NCBI GenBank assembly: GCA_045537155.1
Contig: JAZSOY010000222.1
Location: 1 to 32,724 of the forward strand
Direction of reading: 5' to 3'
Length of the DNA: 32,724 nt
Origin: Acutalibacteraceae bacterium
GTDB lineage: Bacteria > Bacillota > Clostridia > Oscillospirales > Acutalibacteraceae
Shown here: positions 1 through 8,267 of the stretch, in pieces
Layout: each line of letters opens with the position of its first letter
Position numbering within the stretch: the stretch's first letter is position 1
Notes under the pieces: generated by a model
What the model saw: the letters and a program-made list of their open reading frames with translations, nothing else
What the model was told of the DNA's origin: nothing
The model's database searches: none
Program-made: the position numbers and the translations under genes

Positions 1-164
1 ATGCCACTCTGATGGCTCAGCGTCCCGAAAAGGCGATGGAGCTGGCTGTGAACGGCATGATTCCGAACAACACGTTGGGCCGTCAGGCATCCGCGCGTCT
101 GCGCGTGTACGCCGGTGCGCAGCACGAGCATGCTGCTCAGAAGCCCGAAGTGTTTGAGTTTTAA
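1..164 (+). CDS. rplM: 50S ribosomal protein L13, 3' end (5' part lies outside the window)
   Basis: The frame starting at nt 3 reads ...[35 protein letters not shown] and stops at TAA 162-164. This is a typical L13 C-terminus, and it sits directly upstream of rpsI as in the conserved rplM-rpsI operon. Confidence 0.9.
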   Translation, partial: ATLMAQRPEKAMELAVNGMIPNNTLGRQASARLRVYAGAQHEHAAQKPEVFEF

Positions 165-181
165 GAAGGAGGCTGTACCGA

Positions 182-586
182 ATGGATTACAATAAAAGAC
201 CGTATTTTTACGGTACCGGTCGCCGTAAGAAGTCTGTTGCCCGTGTGCGTCTGTACAACGGCACCGGAAAAATCACCATCAATGGTCGTGACATCAACGA
301 CTATTTTGGTCTGGAAACCTTGAAAGTGATTGTTCGTCAGCCGTTGGCATTGACCGCGTTGACGGAAAAGTTTGACATCGAGTGCCGCGTTGGCGGCGGC
401 GGTGTTACCGGTCAAGCCGGTGCTATCCGTCACGGCGTAGCGCGCGCATTGTTGCAATACAACAGCGAAGAGTTGCGTCCGCAACTCAAAAAAGCGGGCT
501 TCTTGACTCGCGACCCGAGAATGAAGGAACGCAAAAAGTACGGACTCAAGGCTGCCCGTCGTGCACCGCAGTTCTCCAAGCGCTGA
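182..586 (+). CDS. rpsI: 30S ribosomal protein S9
   Basis: The 134-aa ORF has [14 protein letters not shown] near the N-terminus and ends in the hallmark [16 protein letters not shown]. An SD (AAGGAGG, 165-171) lies upstream. Confidence 0.97.
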   Translation: MDYNKRPYFYGTGRRKKSVARVRLYNGTGKITINGRDINDYFGLETLKVIVRQPLALTALTEKFDIECRVGGGGVTGQAGAIRHGVARALLQYNSEELRPQLKKAGFLTRDPRMKERKKYGLKAARRAPQFSKR

Positions 587-604
587 TTGGTTTATCGGTT
601 ATTC

Positions 605-636
605 AAAAAGACCTCCGAGCAATCGGAGGTCTTTTG
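605..636 (+). terminator. Intrinsic terminator after rpsI
   Basis: A 10-bp stem (AGACCTCCGA 609-618 with TCGGAGGTCT 623-632) has a GCAA loop and is followed by a T-run. Confidence 0.7.
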
Positions 637-766
637 CTCTGCACGGAACCCCATACCGCCTGTCCGCATACAATAGGAACGAGCGTTGGCTCAATCTGAT
701 AGTCCGAAAAGCGCGAAACCAACGAAGGTTTCGCGCTTTCGGACACAAGCGGAAAGGAGGATGGAT

Positions 767-1192
767 ATGTGTCGCAGATATTCTACCGTGTGCGATACGG
801 TCGGTGTGATTATTGGGGTACTGGCTGGGATTGCGACGGGTATTTTGTTTTTCTATGAATTGTTACCGGCATTGGCAACCGTGTTGCCGATTGTGTTGAC
901 TCTTGGTGCGGTGGCTCTTGGGTTATTGCTGGTCGGCTTAGCCACAACGCGTTGTTGCACGGATGGGGTGTTCGGCAACTGCTTGACATTCTACGGCAAT
1001 CGATTGTTGGCAGGCTCGTTGGGAACGGTTGTCAGCACGTTGGTGTTGTTGGTGTTTAATACCGGTACACTCTTCAATCTTCGCTTGGTATTGACGGCGA
1101 TTGTTGCTTTCTTCTTTGCGTATTTATTGGTGCAGATTGTCTGCTTGGTGACGTGTGCCACACGGCGCGCGGACGGCACCGGTTGTCAATAA
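767..1192 (+). CDS. Small hydrophobic, Cys-containing membrane protein, unknown function
   Basis: The ORF track gives 686-1192. The SD AAAGGAGG (753-760) favours the ATG at 767, with 6-nt spacing. The ATG at 761 abuts the SD. The product (~141 aa) is almost entirely hydrophobic, with 4 predicted TM-like stretches. I recognise no family. Confidence 0.55.
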   Translation: MCRRYSTVCDTVGVIIGVLAGIATGILFFYELLPALATVLPIVLTLGAVALGLLLVGLATTRCCTDGVFGNCLTFYGNRLLAGSLGTVVSTLVLLVFNTGTLFNLRLVLTAIVAFFFAYLLVQIVCLVTCATRRADGTGCQ

Positions 1193-1199
1193 CCGATAG

Positions 1200-1237
1200 A
1201 AAAAGACAGCCTCTGAGACAGAGGCTGTCTTTTGTTT
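1200..1237. terminator. Bidirectional intrinsic terminator between convergent genes
   Basis: A 13-bp stem (AAGACAGCCTCTG 1203-1215 with CAGAGGCTGTCTT 1219-1231) is flanked by an A-run upstream and a T-run downstream. It lies between the + membrane-protein ORF and the - PHP gene. Confidence 0.75.
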
Positions 1238-1241
1238 GCCG

Positions 1242-1979
1242 TTATACGCCGCGCGACCACGCGCAGGGGAGTGTGCCGTTTAATGCGGCAATAATGGTTT
1301 CGGGGGTATTGTCCGGCAGGTCTAAATATGCACCGGCTTCACAGATGGCGTCCAAGCGGTGGGCGTCGGAATTGAGAAGTATCGGCTTGTCACCGATTTC
1401 CGCATACTGTGCTTTCAGTGACGCCACGTCGCCTGAGGCAGTCACCTCCACCGCGGCAAACCCCAGCGGTGGTAAATCGCCGAGAGCGGCGGTGACGCTG
1501 TATGAAGGGCGGTCGATGTGTGCCGGAAACGAGGCACCATCAAACAAACGAGCGAGGGAAACCACGTCATCCACGCTGATAGCCGAGGCAACTGCCAGTA
1601 GGTTTTCTTTTATGCCGACCGGTTCATCTTGCGCGTTACGCAAGGTCTGCTCGCCGAAAATATCGGGGCGGTTGGGAACTGCCGGTAGGGTGGGAGCGAT
1701 ATGCGCTTCAAACGCCAAGGCGCGTTCTACCGTGGGGAATAAGCAAACGACGTGTGCTTCTTCTGCGGTACACAATTCCATACCCGGCAAAAAGGTGATG
1801 CCGACGGATGCCGCGACTTCCGCCGCCGCGGCACAGTTGCCGCACGTATTGTGGTCCGTGAGTGCAATCGCTTGGAGTCCCAACAGACTTGCCATTTGTA
1901 CTAAGTCGTGTGGTGTCATTTCCTCATCACCGCAAGGCGAAAGGCAGGAGTGTATATGAAAATCGTAGTAAATTCTCAT
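1242..1979 (-). CDS. PHP-domain metal-dependent phosphoesterase
   Basis: The 245-aa product starts MRIYYDFHIHSCLSPCGDEEMTPHDLV...ALTDHNT, the typical PHP (polymerase/histidinol-phosphatase) His/Asp motifs. It is the last gene of a tightly spaced minus-strand operon. Confidence 0.85.
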   Translation of the reverse strand: MRIYYDFHIHSCLSPCGDEEMTPHDLVQMASLLGLQAIALTDHNTCGNCAAAAEVAASVGITFLPGMELCTAEEAHVVCLFPTVERALAFEAHIAPTLPAVPNRPDIFGEQTLRNAQDEPVGIKENLLAVASAISVDDVVSLARLFDGASFPAHIDRPSYSVTAALGDLPPLGFAAVEVTASGDVASLKAQYAEIGDKPILLNSDAHRLDAICEAGAYLDLPDNTPETIIAALNGTLPCAWSRGV

Positions 1980-2000
1980 AATCTCCCTCCTTTCTGTTAG

Positions 2001-2477
2001 TTAGCATCCGTTTTCGCGCAGTTTACAAACATCTACCCAAATACCGCCGGAATATTCCTGCAACTGCGCGCACGTCACTTCAATCGCCGAATTCGCACTG
2101 CCAGCCGCCGGAAAGACCGTGTCAAAGCGTTTCATAGAATTGTCCAAAAACACACGCACGTTGTTCGGCAGGGCAAACGGGCAAACACCGCCTACCGCGT
2201 GCCCTGTGAGTTCCGCTACCCGTTCCAACGAAAGCATCGACGCCTTGAAACCGAACGTGTGCTTGAATTTGGCGTTGTCAATTTTGGTATCGCCGGCGGT
2301 GACGACGACCAAGCAACCGTCACCGTCTGCAAAGGACAGCGTTTTCGCAATGCGTGCACCGTCGGTGTTGAGCGCTTTCGCTGCCAACTCCACCGTGGCA
2401 CTGGAAACGGGGAATTCTAGGATATCTTGTTCCCTGCCAAAAGCGGCAAGGAATGGACGAACGGCTTCAATAGACAT
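2001..2477 (-). CDS. YbaK/EbsC-type aminoacyl-tRNA editing (deacylase) domain protein
   Basis: The product shows the YbaK/ProRS-associated domain pattern (...AKTLSF...VVVTAGDTKID..KFK...GHAVGGVCPFAL). The ORF track starts at TTG 2486. I prefer ATG 2477, which has AGAAAGGA 9 nt upstream. Confidence 0.8.
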   Translation of the reverse strand: MSIEAVRPFLAAFGREQDILEFPVSSATVELAAKALNTDGARIAKTLSFADGDGCLVVVTAGDTKIDNAKFKHTFGFKASMLSLERVAELTGHAVGGVCPFALPNNVRVFLDNSMKRFDTVFPAAGSANSAIEVTCAQLQEYSGGIWVDVCKLRENGC

Positions 2478-2504
2478 TGTTAACAATCCTTTCTCTTTGA
2501 GGGG

Positions 2505-2831
2505 TTATTGGCGTTTTGATAACGCTACCGCTAAGGTATATGCGTCCTGTTGGCTACGACAGACCGTGATGTTTTCGGTCAGGGCTCGCTCCCGTGCGGC
2601 ATCATCCAGCACAGCATTTTCGCAAAGCACCAAACAAGGGAGGTCTGCCAACACACAAACAGCAATGGCATTGACGTTGCCCATTACCGTAAACCATACG
2701 CTGCCGGCCGTGGCGCGCCCCATTACCCAACTGAGCAGGTCGCCGCAATAACCGCCGGTGATTTCACGGTCAAGGTCGCCCTCGCACAGCACGTCTACCG
2801 GCAACGCTGCGAGAATGTCACGAACAGTCAT
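2505..2831 (-). CDS. DRTGG-domain protein (second copy in the operon)
   Basis: The 108-aa product resembles the DRTGG ORF at 4568-4912: a small alpha/beta protein with GDLLSWVM...VTVMGNVNAIAV. Its ATG overlaps the stop of the upstream hydrogenase-like gene (ATGA, 2828-2831), which indicates translational coupling. Confidence 0.7.
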   Translation of the reverse strand: MTVRDILAALPVDVLCEGDLDREITGGYCGDLLSWVMGRATAGSVWFTVMGNVNAIAVCVLADLPCLVLCENAVLDDAARERALTENITVCRSQQDAYTLAVALSKRQ

Positions 2832-4102
2832 GGCGTATCTGCCTCCTTTTTATGGGGGGATGCCAATTGCTCACGCAATCGGAAAATACAATCGTTTTCA
2901 CTGGCGAGGCCACGCACAATGTCCTCTGCCAAAGCGCGGCAAGTTGGTGCGCCACAGGAACCGCAATCCAGTTTCGGCAGATGCTCGAAAATGCTGTCGG
3001 CCTCCTGCATCAATCGCATCGCATCGGTGACGGTTTCCGCCAACCGCAATGCCGGATTTTCCTTTAACGGTTGCGACCAACGCAGCGCGGCCATATCACC
3101 GGCTTCGTCGGCGTGGTTGCAAGAAACCGGCAAGTATTTACGCAAATGTTTAATACGCGCACGCGCCACATATCCGTTCTCGGTAGTGAGTACGCCGCCG
3201 ACACAGCCGCCGGCACACGCGTTCAGTTCAATGAAATCCAAATCCGCAAACTTTTCATCTTCCACATCTTCCAATACGTGAATGATGTTACGAATGCCAT
3301 CGGCAGACAGATGGTTTTCGTTGAGTGTGCCAGCCGCTTCTCCGCCGATAAATGACCAACTGACACCGATGATACCGGACTGCATCATCGGTTCAATGCG
3401 TTCCAACTTGTTCATTTTGCTCAGCAGTGCCGGATAAATATCGCTGATAGCCAACACGCCATCCACTTGCGAGCGAGGCATACCAATCGGCCGATGTGCG
3501 TCGGTAACCTTGGCGGGACACGGTGACAGAAAGAAAATCCCGATGTCGTCCGGTTTAAGACCGGTACGCGCCATCACGCGCTGACGTGCCAGCGAAGCGG
3601 CAACTTCCATCGGCGATTTCAGTGGCAACACGTGGTCACACAGTTCCGGAAAACGCACCTGAATTAACCGTACCACCGCCGGACACGCCGAACTGATAAC
3701 CGGTTTTTTCAGTTGGCCTTCTTCCAACAGTTGACGCGTGACGGCAGACACAATCTCTGCGCCGCGAGAAACTTCAAACACCTCGTCAAAGCCGAGTGCT
3801 ACCAAGCCGGTCAATATGACATCGATATCGTCCAGATGATGAAATTGTCCGTACAATGCCGGCGCCGGCAATGCCACGGTATATTGATAATCGGATAACA
3901 TAGCAAGCGAATCGTGACGCGCTTTTTTGGCATGATGCGGACAAACACGGATACATTCGCCGCAGTCGATGCAACGTTCCGAAATGATGGTTGCTTTGCC
4001 GTCACGTACACGAATCGCCTGTGTGGGGCAATGCTTGATGCAGTTAGTACAACCCACACATTTGTCGGAATCCAATGTTACGGAATGAACAAAGTGGTCC
4101 AT
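2828..4102 (-). CDS. [FeFe]-hydrogenase-like protein, putative sensory type (HydS-like, M2e/group D architecture)
   Basis: The 424-aa product has two N-terminal ferredoxin motifs (C15xxCxxCxxxC25 and C44xxCxxCxxxC54). Its H-domain motifs are variants: SSAC140P (canonical TSCCP), SPC195PAK (MPCxxK) and ELNAC296AGGC300VGG (ExMACxxGCxxG). A C-terminal four-Cys module follows (C380xxC383xxxxC388...C405). Confidence 0.85.
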   Translation of the reverse strand: MDHFVHSVTLDSDKCVGCTNCIKHCPTQAIRVRDGKATIISERCIDCGECIRVCPHHAKKARHDSLAMLSDYQYTVALPAPALYGQFHHLDDIDVILTGLVALGFDEVFEVSRGAEIVSAVTRQLLEEGQLKKPVISSACPAVVRLIQVRFPELCDHVLPLKSPMEVAASLARQRVMARTGLKPDDIGIFFLSPCPAKVTDAHRPIGMPRSQVDGVLAISDIYPALLSKMNKLERIEPMMQSGIIGVSWSFIGGEAAGTLNENHLSADGIRNIIHVLEDVEDEKFADLDFIELNACAGGCVGGVLTTENGYVARARIKHLRKYLPVSCNHADEAGDMAALRWSQPLKENPALRLAETVTDAMRLMQEADSIFEHLPKLDCGSCGAPTCRALAEDIVRGLASENDCIFRLREQLASPHKKEADTP

Positions 4103-4116
4103 ATTGCAAGAACTCC

Positions 4117-4548
4117 TTAATTCGTCGCCTCATCGACCAACACGGTCATACACAAACGCGTGCCTTTGCCCGGTTTGGTTTCGATGGTGAGGGTATCGGT
4201 ATATTTTTTGATGTTGGGTAGTCCCATTCCGGCGCCGAAACCGAGGTCGCGCACCGTTTCGGAAGCGGTTGACCAGCCTTCCTGCATGGCCAAATCGACA
4301 TTGGGAATGCCGGGGCCGTTGTCGGATAAAACAATCTGTACGCGCTGGGGATTGATGTCTACATCAGCGGTACCGCCACCCGCGTGAATTACCATATTGA
4401 TTTCGCCTTCGTACATCGCAATCGCAACACGGCGAATCACATCCGAACGAAAGCCCAATTGTTTTAATTTGCCTTTTACCGCTCCGGAAGCCGCACCGGC
4501 GCGGGTAAAATCATCACCGGGGACATCGTAGTGCAGAGAAATGTTCAT
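4117..4548 (-). CDS. RsbW/SpoIIAB-like HATPase_c protein (anti-sigma-factor-type Ser/Thr kinase fold)
   Basis: The product has GHKL ATPase motifs: EGEINMVIHA (N-box-like), DNGPGIP (G1) and GFGAGMGLPN (G2). The ORF track starts at GTG 4578. I prefer ATG 4548 (MNISLHYD...), which has AGAGG 10 nt upstream. Confidence 0.8.
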   Translation of the reverse strand: MNISLHYDVPGDDFTRAGAASGAVKGKLKQLGFRSDVIRRVAIAMYEGEINMVIHAGGGTADVDINPQRVQIVLSDNGPGIPNVDLAMQEGWSTASETVRDLGFGAGMGLPNIKKYTDTLTIETKPGKGTRLCMTVLVDEATN

Positions 4549-4567
4549 ACGAGCAACGCCTCTTTTC

Positions 4568-4912
4568 TCATGCGTCACCGCCGGACAATCCGTTCTGGTA
4601 CAACAGACCGCAGGCGGTAAACATACGCAACGAGGTGGTCATCAACACCATGCCGCGTTCTTCGGCCAGGGCAATCATTTCCGGTGTCGGCTCTTTGCCG
4701 CGTACAAACACGATGCATACCATATCCATCATTTCCGCTGTGCGGACAACTTGGGTATTGACAAGGCCGGACAACAAGACCGACTGGTCTTTTACAAACG
4801 CCAACACGTCGCTCATCATATCGCTGCCGCAGGCATTATGAACCTCGGCGTTGAGGTCGGTGCCGCAACGCACTTCTGCTTTCAGAATGGTTTTGACATC
4901 TGCGATGGTCAT
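4568..4912 (-). CDS. DRTGG-domain protein (first gene of the operon)
   Basis: The 114-aa product (MTIADVKTILKAEV...GSDMMSDVLAF...LLSGLVNTQVVRTAEMMD) shows the typical DRTGG pattern. An SD AAAGGGTGAG lies upstream. Confidence 0.8.
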   Translation of the reverse strand: MTIADVKTILKAEVRCGTDLNAEVHNACGSDMMSDVLAFVKDQSVLLSGLVNTQVVRTAEMMDMVCIVFVRGKEPTPEMIALAEERGMVLMTTSLRMFTACGLLYQNGLSGGDA

Positions 4913-4946
4913 AAACTACTCACCCTTTCAGTTGGTACCTATCCCC

Positions 4947-4975
4947 ATTATAACGGCTCGGGGACAATTATGCAA
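4947..4975 (-). promoter_or_regulatory. Sigma-A-type promoter for the DRTGG/HydS-like operon
   Basis: The minus strand reads TTGCAT (4975-4970), a 17-nt spacer, then TATAAT (4952-4947), about 35 nt upstream of the ATG at 4912. Confidence 0.55.
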
Positions 4976-5003
4976 GAAGTGCTGTAAAAAATTGCGAAAA
5001 CGA

Positions 5004-5032
5004 TTGACTAATTTTTCACAAAAGGGTACAAT
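5004..5032 (+). promoter_or_regulatory. Sigma-A-type promoter for serC-serA
   Basis: TTGACT (5004-5009), a 17-nt spacer, then TACAAT (5027-5032), 40 nt upstream of the serC ATG. Confidence 0.55.
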
Positions 5033-5072
5033 AAAATGTAATTACAATAAATCAACTCAGGGGGAATCAACT

Positions 5073-6158
5073 ATGGCAAGAGTATATAATTTTTCAGCAG
5101 GACCGTCGGTGCTGCCGGAAAGTGTGTTGCGTCGCGCAGCAGAGGAAATGATGGACTATCAAGGTTCCGGTCAATCCGTGATGGAGATGTCTCATCGTTC
5201 GAAGACGTACGATGCCATTATTAAAGACTGTGAAGCACTTCTACGTGAAGTGATGAATATTCCTGACAACTATAAAGTGCTTTTCCTGCAGGGTGGCGCG
5301 TCGTCGCAGTTCGCGATGGTTCCGCTTAACCTGATGACCGGCAGCGGCAAAGCCGATTTCTTGATAACCGGTCAGTGGGCCAACAAGGCGTATCAGGAAG
5401 CCGCGCGTTACGGCGAGGCGAAGGTGATTGCCAGTTCCAAAGACAAGACGTTTTCCTACATTCCCACATGGGATGAGGCAGATTTCACCAAAGAGGCAGA
5501 CTACTTCCACATTTGTATGAACAACACCATCTACGGGACCAAGTTCCACACCTTGCCGGAAACCGGCGATGTGCCGTTGGTGGCAGACGTTTCGTCCTGC
5601 ATTTTGTCTGAGCCGATAGAGGTGTCGCGTTTCGGTCTGCTGTATGCCGGTGCACAGAAAAACATGGGCCCCGCCGGTTTGACGGTGGTGATTGTGCGTG
5701 AGGACCTTATCGGTGCCACGCAGGAATGCACACCCACGATGTTCAAATACAGCACCCATTCGGAAAACGGCTCGATGTTTAACACGCCGCCCTGCTATGC
5801 CATCTATGTTTGCAAGATGGTGTTGGAGTGGTTGCGTGATGACATCGGCGGTTTGGAAAAGATGAAGGCTATCAACGAGAAAAAAGCGGCGTTGTTGTAT
5901 GATTTCTTGGATAATTCCACGATGTTCCGCGGTACGGTTGCTAAAGAAGACCGTTCGCTGATGAACATTCCGTTTGTCACCGGTAACGAGGAATTGGATG
6001 CGAAGTTCGTCAAAGAGGCAGCCGCTGCCGGTTTTGTCAATCTGAAAGGACATCGCTCGGTCGGTGGTATGCGTGCGTCGATTTACAACGCGATGCCGGT
6101 CGAAGGTGTCGAAAAACTGGTCGCATTTATGAAAGAGTTTGAGGCGAACAACGCCTAA
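5073..6158 (+). CDS. serC: Phosphoserine aminotransferase
   Basis: The 361-aa product starts MARVYNFSAGPSVLPESVL...GSGQSVMEMSHRSK...FLQGGAS. The ORF track ORF starts at 4851, but the family N-terminus and an SD (GGGGGA) fit ATG 5073. Confidence 0.95.
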   Translation: MARVYNFSAGPSVLPESVLRRAAEEMMDYQGSGQSVMEMSHRSKTYDAIIKDCEALLREVMNIPDNYKVLFLQGGASSQFAMVPLNLMTGSGKADFLITGQWANKAYQEAARYGEAKVIASSKDKTFSYIPTWDEADFTKEADYFHICMNNTIYGTKFHTLPETGDVPLVADVSSCILSEPIEVSRFGLLYAGAQKNMGPAGLTVVIVREDLIGATQECTPTMFKYSTHSENGSMFNTPPCYAIYVCKMVLEWLRDDIGGLEKMKAINEKKAALLYDFLDNSTMFRGTVAKEDRSLMNIPFVTGNEELDAKFVKEAAAAGFVNLKGHRSVGGMRASIYNAMPVEGVEKLVAFMKEFEANNA

Positions 6159-6184
6159 TAGGTCTTGGCAAAGGAGAGTCGAGT

Positions 6185-7342
6185 ATGAACATTTTGACAT
6201 TAAATAAAATCGCCGCGTGCGGCACCGACCGTTTGGGCGATGGGTATGTCGTCGGTGACGCGGTGGAAAATCCGCAGGGCATTTTGGTGCGTTCGGCGTC
6301 AATGCACGAGATGGAATTCCCGTCATCGCTGTTAGCCGTCGCGCGTGCCGGCGCCGGCGTGAATAACATTCCGTTGGAGCGTTGCTGTGAAGAGGGGATT
6401 GTGGTGTTTAACACGCCCGGCGCCAACGCCAATGCCGTGAAAGAATTGGTGATTGCCGGTTTGTTGTTGGCATCGCGTAAAGTCGTGCCGGCGATTGATT
6501 GGGCGCGCACGCTCAAGGGCAAGGGTGACGAAGTCGGCAAGTTGGTCGAAAAAGGGAAAGGTCAATTTGCCGGTCCTGAAATTATGGGTAAAAAACTCGG
6601 GGTTATCGGGTTGGGTGCCATCGGTGTGCTGGTTGCCAACGCGGCACAGGCATTGGGTATGGAAGTATACGGGTATGACCCGTATTTGTCGGTCAACGGC
6701 GCTTGGAAATTGTCGCGCGCGGTGCATCACGCCGCTACGGTGGAGCAGTTGATAGCGGAATGCGATTATATCACGTTGCATTTGCCGTTGACGCCGGATA
6801 CGCGCGATATCATCAATGCGGATACACTGGCCACGATGAAAGACGGCGTGCGTATTTTGAATTTTGCGCGCGGCGAACTGGTTAACGGCGAGGCCATGCG
6901 TGCGGCGTTGGCGTCCGGCAAGGTGCAGAGTTATGTTATTGATTTTCCGTCGGACGATATGTTGGACGTGGAAAATGTGGTGGCAATCCCGCACTTGGGT
7001 GCTTCCACGCCGGAAAGCGAAGACAACTGTGCGGTCATGGCGGCAGATGAAATGAAGGCCTATTTGGAGCAAGGTATTATTTGCAATTCGGTGAATTTCC
7101 CGGCCATGGAAACGCCCAAAACTTCGGCGGTGCGTGTGTGCGTGTTGCATCGCAACATCCCCACGATGGTGGCACAAATCAGCACGCTGATTTCGGAGGA
7201 CGGTATCAACATTGATACCATGACCAATCGTTCGAAGAACGAGTATGCCTATACGGTCGTGGATGTATCCAACGATGTCCCGGCGGCGACGTTGGATAAG
7301 ATTTGCGCCATCGAAGGCGTTATCCGCGTGCGTAAAGTTTAA
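6185..7342 (+). CDS. serA: D-3-phosphoglycerate dehydrogenase (2-hydroxyacid dehydrogenase with C-terminal ACT domain)
   Basis: The 385-aa product has the NAD-binding GVIGLGAIG motif and the catalytic ...NFARGELV...HLGAST... pattern. Its tail is ACT-like (VCVLHRNIPTMVAQISTLISEDGINI). It is adjacent to serC. Confidence 0.92.
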   Translation: MNILTLNKIAACGTDRLGDGYVVGDAVENPQGILVRSASMHEMEFPSSLLAVARAGAGVNNIPLERCCEEGIVVFNTPGANANAVKELVIAGLLLASRKVVPAIDWARTLKGKGDEVGKLVEKGKGQFAGPEIMGKKLGVIGLGAIGVLVANAAQALGMEVYGYDPYLSVNGAWKLSRAVHHAATVEQLIAECDYITLHLPLTPDTRDIINADTLATMKDGVRILNFARGELVNGEAMRAALASGKVQSYVIDFPSDDMLDVENVVAIPHLGASTPESEDNCAVMAADEMKAYLEQGIICNSVNFPAMETPKTSAVRVCVLHRNIPTMVAQISTLISEDGINIDTMTNRSKNEYAYTVVDVSNDVPAATLDKICAIEGVIRVRKV

Positions 7343-7353
7343 GTATATCCGAA

Positions 7354-7393
7354 AATATGCCCACTCGTTGACCGAGTGGGCATATTGTTTTTT
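7354..7393 (+). terminator. Intrinsic terminator after serA
   Basis: A 14-bp stem (AATATGCCCACTCG 7354-7367 with CGAGTGGGCATATT 7373-7386) is followed by GTTTTTT. Confidence 0.8.
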
Positions 7394-7533
7394 ACAGACG
7401 GGATTTACAAACCCCGTGTGGCGTGATAGAATGGTGATACGGAAGTAGAAAGGGGAGGATAGCCATCATAACCGATATTCGCATAGGGGCGGTTGCCCTG
7501 CGCGCGCTGGGTGCGGCGCTTTCTGTCTTTCTT

Positions 7534-8256
7534 TTGCTGTGGGGCGTGTTGCCGTTGGCAACGACGCGTTTTCACGTCGGGAATGTTGCCTTATTGGCAG
7601 TCGGAACCATCGGATTTGTGGTGTGTGTGCGATTTGCGGCGGTTGCCGCACTGTGGAAACGCATAACCGATACGACGGTGGGTAGACTGCTGTTGAGTGT
7701 GGTCGCTGCGGTGGTGGCTATCGTATTGGTGCTGTTTGTGGTGGTATCGGTCATCATGATACGAGCCTCTACCGAACCGTCGCCGGAAAACGCCACCGTG
7801 GTGGTATTGGGCGCCGGTTTGCGCGGTGAGCAACCCAGCCGTATTTTGCGTGCTCGCTTAGACAAGGCGGCAGAGTTCTTGAACGCCCATCCGCAAGCCG
7901 CGTGTATTGTATCCGGTGGGCAGGGTGCGGACGAGCCGTGTACCGAGGCATCCGTGATGCAGAAGTATTTGGTGCGTGCCGGTATTGCGCCGGAACGGAT
8001 TTATGTGGAAGACCGGTCTACCAGCACCTTTGAAAACATTCAATTTTCTAAGGACATCATCAAACAAAACGGGTTGCCCACCGGCATAGCGGTGGTGACG
8101 CAGGAGTTTCATCAATACCGCGCTCAACAATTTGCGCGAGCCGCCGGATTTACCGACGTCGGTTCGGTGACAGCACAGACGGAATTTGTGTTTTTCGGGA
8201 GTTACTGGATACGGGAATTTGCCGGCATCTGCCGTATGTGGTTGCTGGGATATTAG
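7534..8256 (+). CDS. DUF218 (YdcF/SanA/ElyC family) membrane protein
   Basis: After N-terminal TM helices, the DUF218 core reads VVVLGAGLRGEQPS..L..RLD.A......IVSGGQG..E...EA..M..YL...GI....I..ED.S.ST.EN. The start is uncertain: TTG 7534 is the first canonical start, but the frame is open from 7450 (see findings). Confidence 0.8.
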   Translation: MLWGVLPLATTRFHVGNVALLAVGTIGFVVCVRFAAVAALWKRITDTTVGRLLLSVVAAVVAIVLVLFVVVSVIMIRASTEPSPENATVVVLGAGLRGEQPSRILRARLDKAAEFLNAHPQAACIVSGGQGADEPCTEASVMQKYLVRAGIAPERIYVEDRSTSTFENIQFSKDIIKQNGLPTGIAVVTQEFHQYRAQQFARAAGFTDVGSVTAQTEFVFFGSYWIREFAGICRMWLLGY

Positions 8257-8267
8257 GAGGCAGAACG

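Noticed and set aside
1153-1959. A 268-aa plus-strand ORF.
   Set aside because: It lies entirely antisense to the PHP-domain gene (1242-1979), which has clear family motifs. The product is Ser/Ala/Arg-rich with no recognisable motif, as is typical of a shadow ORF in GC-rich DNA.
5241-7177. Two long minus-strand ORFs (5241-6326, 361 aa, and 6332-7177, 281 aa).
   Set aside because: They are antisense to serC and serA, both of which have unmistakable family signatures. The antisense products are Arg/His/Gly-rich junk with no SD or promoter context.
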